Shown here one piece after another: positions 59,796-64,000 of a DNA stretch of 64,000 nucleotides (the first letter of the stretch is position 1; the number at the start of each line of letters is the position of its first letter). Both the position numbers and the translations under genes were made by a program. Under the pieces are notes generated by a model. It saw only the letters and a list, made by a program, of their open reading frames with translations, did no database searches and was not told where the DNA came from. Source of the stretch: Polyangiales bacterium (lineage in GTDB: Bacteria; Myxococcota_A; Polyangia; Polyangiales; Houyiibacteriaceae). The DNA is taken from contig JBGCFM010000029.1 in NCBI GenBank assembly GCA_045106895.1, positions 1 to 64,000 of the forward strand. The letters are read 5' to 3'.

Positions 59796-59952
59796 TACTC
59801 CATCGCAGAAGTTCTGACCGGTTGAGCACGGCCCTTGGCCGCGGTCTCGCCCCACTTCGCCCTGAATGTACGCCGCACGTCCTTCGTTGAATGGAGCCAC
59901 CTCACAAACCAATCATCCACCCTGAACCGGTCGGAACTTCTGAGATGAAGTA
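59796..59952. mobile_element. 157-bp MITE-like element with 31-bp terminal inverted repeats, flanked by CTAG
   Basis: Left TACTCCATCGCAGAAGTTCTGACCGGTTGAG vs reverse complement of right TACTTCATCTCAGAAGTTCCGACCGGTTCAG (27/31); CTAG at 59792-59795 and 59953-59956. Confidence 0.75.
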
Positions 59953-59996
59953 CTAGCGCCCGTTGAGAGACGCTCCGTCGTGCTAAGAGGTGCTTC

Positions 59997-60749
59997 ATGG
60001 ACAAGCTAGATGTGGTTCGCGTCGAAGGGCTCAACGTCGATTGCGTGGTTGGGCTCTATCCGCATGAGCGCCATGCCTCTCAGCCCCTCATCGTGGACAT
60101 GGCGCTTCACCTCGATGTGCGTGGCGCCGCCGAAGAAGAGAACGTGCGCCTCACCGTAGACTACGCGGCGACGGCGGCGCAGGTGGTCTTCCTCTTGAGG
60201 GCATGTCGTTTCCGTCTTCTTGAGACGGCCGCGGAGACCATCGCTCGTTATGTGTTGATGCCGCCGGCGGAGGACGAAGGACGAGCGCAGGTTCAACGCG
60301 TCGACGTCCTGCTGCGGAAGCCCGGCGCGCTCCGTGGTTTCGCGACGCCTTCCCTCAGCATCACGCGCAGCGCGGGCTTCGAGGTCTCCCACGAGACCAA
60401 AGAGTGGGGCAGCGTGGACATCGTTCACGAGACCAAAGACGCCGGCATCTATCGCCTGAACATCGCGCCGGGGAAGGGCATCCCTCTTCATGTGCACCGG
60501 GTGATGCGAGAGACGGAGATGGTCCTCGGCACTGGGCTCCATTGCCAGAGTGAGCCCGTGCCGATGGGCACTGTTCATCGTTGGCCCCGCGGCGCCGCGC
60601 ACCGTTACGACAACCCCAGCGACCAGTGGCAGAGCATTCTCTGCGTCGACGTCCCGCGTTTTATCCCTGAAGACGAAGTCCTCGTGGAGGGCGACCCCGC
60701 CGACGTACCCCCGGAGCCGCCTTGGGGTCCCATCGCAGGTATCGGATGA
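59997..60749 (+). CDS. folB: dihydroneopterin aldolase fused to a cupin domain
   Basis: VGLYPHER..Q, VDYA, LLET, RKPGA (FolB); IPLHVH..RETE..HRYDN (cupin). Confidence 0.85.
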   Translation: MDKLDVVRVEGLNVDCVVGLYPHERHASQPLIVDMALHLDVRGAAEEENVRLTVDYAATAAQVVFLLRACRFRLLETAAETIARYVLMPPAEDEGRAQVQRVDVLLRKPGALRGFATPSLSITRSAGFEVSHETKEWGSVDIVHETKDAGIYRLNIAPGKGIPLHVHRVMRETEMVLGTGLHCQSEPVPMGTVHRWPRGAAHRYDNPSDQWQSILCVDVPRFIPEDEVLVEGDPADVPPEPPWGPIAGIG

Positions 60750-61483
60750 GACGCTTCCTCGTGACAGGTGCGAGCCGAGGCATCGGCCGGGCAGTGGCCG
60801 AGGCTGTGATCTCAAGCGGAGCCTCGCTCCTCGCGAGCGCTCGAAACAGCGACGCCCTGGCAGAACTTTCGGCGGATCGCGTCGACGTATTCGCGGCCGA
60901 CCTTACCTCCGCCGAGGACCGATTGGCGTTGCTGGAGAGCTGCCATGAACTCGACCACGTCGTCTTATGCGCCGGTGTGGCCATGCATGAAGAGGTTCGT
61001 GGGCTCCAAGAAGACACGCTCCGGTCGACGTTTGAACTGAACTTCTTCGCCCAAGCGCTCCTCGCCCGTGACCTCATCCCTCGGATCCGCCCCGGAGGTT
61101 CCATCACCTTCGTGTCCAGCACGCTGGCCCAGCGAGCAGCAAGGTCAACGGCGGCGTATGCTGCGTCCAAGGCGGCGCTCGAGTCCTTCACTCGAACAAT
61201 GGCCCTCGAACTCGCCCCCGAGATTCGAGTAAACGCAGTGGCGCCGGGGCTCGTGGACACGGACATGGCGCGTGCTCTTCGCCTTCAGCCCGGCGAAGCT
61301 GTGCCGACCGACGAAGAGCGGAAGCGACGTGAAGCCGAGCAGCAGAAGTTCATGAACAGCATGCACCCGCTGGGGCGAATGGGTCGCCCTACGGAGGTCG
61401 CAGAGCTCATCCTGCAGGTGTCACAGAGCGCGTGGATGACCGGCAGCATCGTGACCCTCGACGGTGGCCTCTCACTGGCTTAG
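60746..61483 (+). CDS. short-chain dehydrogenase/reductase
   Basis: TGASRGIG, YAASK, RVNAVAPG, TGSIVTLDGG; ATGA overlap with folB. Confidence 0.93.
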   Translation: MRRFLVTGASRGIGRAVAEAVISSGASLLASARNSDALAELSADRVDVFAADLTSAEDRLALLESCHELDHVVLCAGVAMHEEVRGLQEDTLRSTFELNFFAQALLARDLIPRIRPGGSITFVSSTLAQRAARSTAAYAASKAALESFTRTMALELAPEIRVNAVAPGLVDTDMARALRLQPGEAVPTDEERKRREAEQQKFMNSMHPLGRMGRPTEVAELILQVSQSAWMTGSIVTLDGGLSLA

Positions 61484-61488
61484 GCGCC

Positions 61489-62109
61489 TTACTCGTCGAA
61501 GGACGCGTAGTAGGCCTTCACATCCTCACGTGCCGCGATGGCCGCGCACCGAGCGACCACGTTGGGAGCGCTTTTCTCCGCGAGGTCTGTCGGGACATGG
61601 TCCAACACGCCCTTCTGAAGCGTGCGAATCCAAACGAAGACCTTCAGGTCGGCGACGGTGAGTCGCCCCGCGGCGAAGTATTCACCGCCGCGTCGCTCGA
61701 GGAGCGCCTCAAAGCGCTCAAGGTAGAACGTCAGCGGTCCTTCGGCGAGGGCGACGCGAGCTCGCTTTTTTTCTGCTTCGTCGCTGATGGAGAAGGTCGC
61801 AACGGCCTGGGCGATGATGTCCTCCACGGACGCCATCGCCTCGTCACAGTGGAGTGCCTCGCGAGGGTCGTCTGGGTAGAGGCCCGCTAGCTTGCCGACG
61901 TAGCGGTTGATGCTGTTGGACTGCGAGACCACCTCTCCGTCGACCTCGAGCACAGGAATGCGACCGAAGGGGAAGCTCTCTTTGGTCTGCCCGAAGGTCT
62001 GAAACGAGATGCGCTCATCGGCGAAGTCGACGTTTCCAATGTGCATCGCAAGGCGGGCGGGCTCGCCGCGGCCACCATGCATGTCAAAGTAGGTAAGCTT
62101 GAGCTCCAT
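61489..62109 (-). CDS. glutathione S-transferase (sigma-class-like)
   Basis: LTYFD..GRGEPARL, PFGRIPVLEVDG, QSNSINRY, LTVADL. Confidence 0.92.
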   Translation of the reverse strand: MELKLTYFDMHGGRGEPARLAMHIGNVDFADERISFQTFGQTKESFPFGRIPVLEVDGEVVSQSNSINRYVGKLAGLYPDDPREALHCDEAMASVEDIIAQAVATFSISDEAEKKRARVALAEGPLTFYLERFEALLERRGGEYFAAGRLTVADLKVFVWIRTLQKGVLDHVPTDLAEKSAPNVVARCAAIAAREDVKAYYASFDE

Positions 62110-62113
62110 GGCA

Positions 62114-62794
62114 CTACTCCGTTGCTCGAAAGCTCTCGACGAGGTCGCCGAACGCAGCCTCGGCGGTGCCAACGGTCGCTTCGGGTCCGATGAGCTTGAA
62201 GAAAACCGGACCATTCGGGCCGGCGACGATGGCGCCGAGCATGCGCTGATTGCCTTGCGGGCCTGCCTGGCCAGCCATGGGCATGGAGTTCGTAAACGTG
62301 CCGCGCGTGTCGATGGTGGTGACCTCCAGGCCGCCGATGGTCTTCGTCTCTACCGCGGCGTCCGCCGGGCCGCCTTCGCTGCTTTGGAACTGCCCTGTCC
62401 AGCGCGCGACGTTCTCTTCGATGCCGCCGCCCATTCCCGGGAAGTGGAAGACCGTCATCACCGCAGCAGCGGCGCCTTCGCCTACGACATACTCGGCGTT
62501 ACGCATGGCGCTCGATGGCGTCCGCCACGTAAGAGGCTCATGGACCGCCCATGCGATGCCCGCGAGCTCTGGGCTGTCGGCGGAGACCGTCGGTGCGCCT
62601 TGGCGGCGCGGCGCGATGGCGGGACGGACTGCCTCCGCCGCTGGGGCCTCTACCTCGGGGGTCTCTGTCGTCGTTTCGCTTGGGGTCTCGGTTCCGCCGC
62701 CGGCGTTCCCTTGAGGGGCAGGACCGCGGTCGCAGCCGAAGGCCGCAAGGCTCAGGAGAAGAGCAGGAAAGAGCATGCGCGTCGTCGTCGTCAT
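62114..62794 (-). CDS. hypothetical lipoprotein
   Basis: Lipobox AFGC; SSAMRNAEY..GGGIEENVARW..FFKLIGP. Confidence 0.72.
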   Translation of the reverse strand: MTTTTRMLFPALLLSLAAFGCDRGPAPQGNAGGGTETPSETTTETPEVEAPAAEAVRPAIAPRRQGAPTVSADSPELAGIAWAVHEPLTWRTPSSAMRNAEYVVGEGAAAAVMTVFHFPGMGGGIEENVARWTGQFQSSEGGPADAAVETKTIGGLEVTTIDTRGTFTNSMPMAGQAGPQGNQRMLGAIVAGPNGPVFFKLIGPEATVGTAEAAFGDLVESFRATE

Positions 62795-62892
62795 GAGGCT
62801 GCCATACCCCGGAGGAGGGGGGGGTGACAAGGCAGCCATACGTTCCCATCGGCCCAAGTGATCGCTTCGTCCCCTTCACGCGTACAGGAGGT

Positions 62893-64000
62893 ATGCGGCG
62901 CGCTACCTTGAGTCTATTCGCCATCCTCCTCCTCCCCGGCTTCGGGTGCGCGGGCGCGGTCCCGAGCGCGTCACGCTCCGCGACAGCGCCAGAGTTCGAG
63001 TGGCGTGAGTGGAGCGCGGAGACCTTCGCCGAGGCCGAACGAGACGGGAAGTTCCTCCTCGTCAGCGTGCAGGCGTCTTGGTGCCACTGGTGCCACGTGA
63101 TGAACGACGAGACCTTTGGCAATGAGGACGTGCGAGGGCTCGTCGCGGAGCACTACATCGTGATCAAGGTCGACTCCGACGCGCGGCCGGATCTCGCTGA
63201 GCGTTTTCGCGACTACGCCTGGCCCGCGACGGTGATTCTCACGCCCAACGCGCAAGTGGTTCGAGCCCTCCGCGGCTATCGTCCGGCAGGTCCCTTCGCG
63301 GCGCTCCTGGATCAAGCGCGGCGTGGCGAGATCCGCGCGAGCGACGACTGGCGGCAGGGAGAAACGAACGGCGAGGCGCCGGAACTCGCCGCACTCCGCC
63401 AGACGGCCATCGGCGCCCTCGATGCGCTCTACGACGAAGAGGCCGCGGGCTGGGGACGGCGTCAGAAGTACCCCTATTTCGGCCCCGTCGAGCACGCGTT
63501 CTTTCGAAACTCGCTCCGCGGCGAAGAGGAGTGGGAGACGCGCGCCTTGGCGACCCTTGAAGGCACGACGCAGCTCATCGACCCCGTTTTTGGCGGCGTC
63601 TATCAGTACTCCCTTCGTCGCCGCTGGGATGCGCCGCATTTTGAGAAGATCGCGGCGGTCCAGGCCGACGCGCTCTCGGGATTCGCCCTCGCGCGCATCC
63701 ATACCGGCGACCCGAGGTGGGACGCTCCGATGCATGACGTCGTTCGTTACCTCAGCGAGTTCTTTCGCTCCTCGGCGGGCACCTTTTACACGAGCCAAGA
63801 TGCGGACCTAAGCCACACGCTGACGGGCACGGAGTACTACGCCATGAATGACGCGGAGCGACGCGCGCAGGGCATCCCGCGCATGGACACGAACATCTAC
63901 GTCGACCTCAACGCAATGCTGATTCAGTCCCTGGTTCTCGCTCACCGGGGAGGCGTCGACGGCGCGCTCTCGATGGCGGAGACGTCGGCCGAGGCGCTCC
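62893..64000 (+). CDS. thioredoxin-domain protein YyaL/SSP411 (DUF255) family, 3' truncated by window edge
   Basis: Read by hand: MRRATLSLFAILLLPGFGC..WREWS..WCHWCHVM..IKVD..RPDL..WPATV..PHFEK; SD AGGAGG; absent from the ORF track because it has no stop in the window. Confidence 0.9.
   Translation, partial: MRRATLSLFAILLLPGFGCAGAVPSASRSATAPEFEWREWSAETFAEAERDGKFLLVSVQASWCHWCHVMNDETFGNEDVRGLVAEHYIVIKVDSDARPDLAERFRDYAWPATVILTPNAQVVRALRGYRPAGPFAALLDQARRGEIRASDDWRQGETNGEAPELAALRQTAIGALDALYDEEAAGWGRRQKYPYFGPVEHAFFRNSLRGEEEWETRALATLEGTTQLIDPVFGGVYQYSLRRRWDAPHFEKIAAVQADALSGFALARIHTGDPRWDAPMHDVVRYLSEFFRSSAGTFYTSQDADLSHTLTGTEYYAMNDAERRAQGIPRMDTNIYVDLNAMLIQSLVLAHRGGVDGALSMAETSAEAL

Noticed and set aside
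59792..60034. 80-aa minus-strand ORF
   Set aside because: It spans the MITE-like element and the folB start and has no protein features.

Overview
GC-rich, gene-dense chromosomal window from a myxobacterium, probably Polyangia/Sandaracinaceae-like. This assignment is inferred from mglBA, three Hanks-type Ser/Thr kinases, an FHA-sigma54 activator, and many Cys-rich or DAG-repeat lipoproteins. About 59 CDSs are supported. Housekeeping genes include the 3' end of leuS, grxC, mglBA, pccB, gcvT-gcvH-gcvPA, mutL-miaA, mutS2, sppA, lgt, eno, ybeY, HU, ino1, dam, bfr/bfd, corA and folB. Signalling and secreted Cys-rich proteins are also present. No rRNA, tRNA, CRISPR array or transposase was recognised. 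Several signals are missing from the ORF track: (1) a 44-aa Cys-rich ORF overlapping a branched stem-loop upstream of a MATE exporter, divergent from bfd, which has a Fur-like box; (2) a 157-bp MITE-like element with 31-bp terminal inverted repeats flanked by CTAG; (3) a ~100-nt palindromic repeat in two full copies; (4) an 18-bp inverted repeat over the dam start; (5) a recurring -10 box 6-7 nt before start codons, suggesting leaderless mRNAs. Unusual proteins include a FolB-cupin fusion coupled to an SDR, a biotin carboxylase homologue with degenerate catalytic motifs, a MutL lacking its endonuclease motifs, a beta-barrel-like SppA fusion, and an orphan TatT coupled to an L,D-transpeptidase. 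All calls come from reading motifs by eye, and several start codons are estimates.
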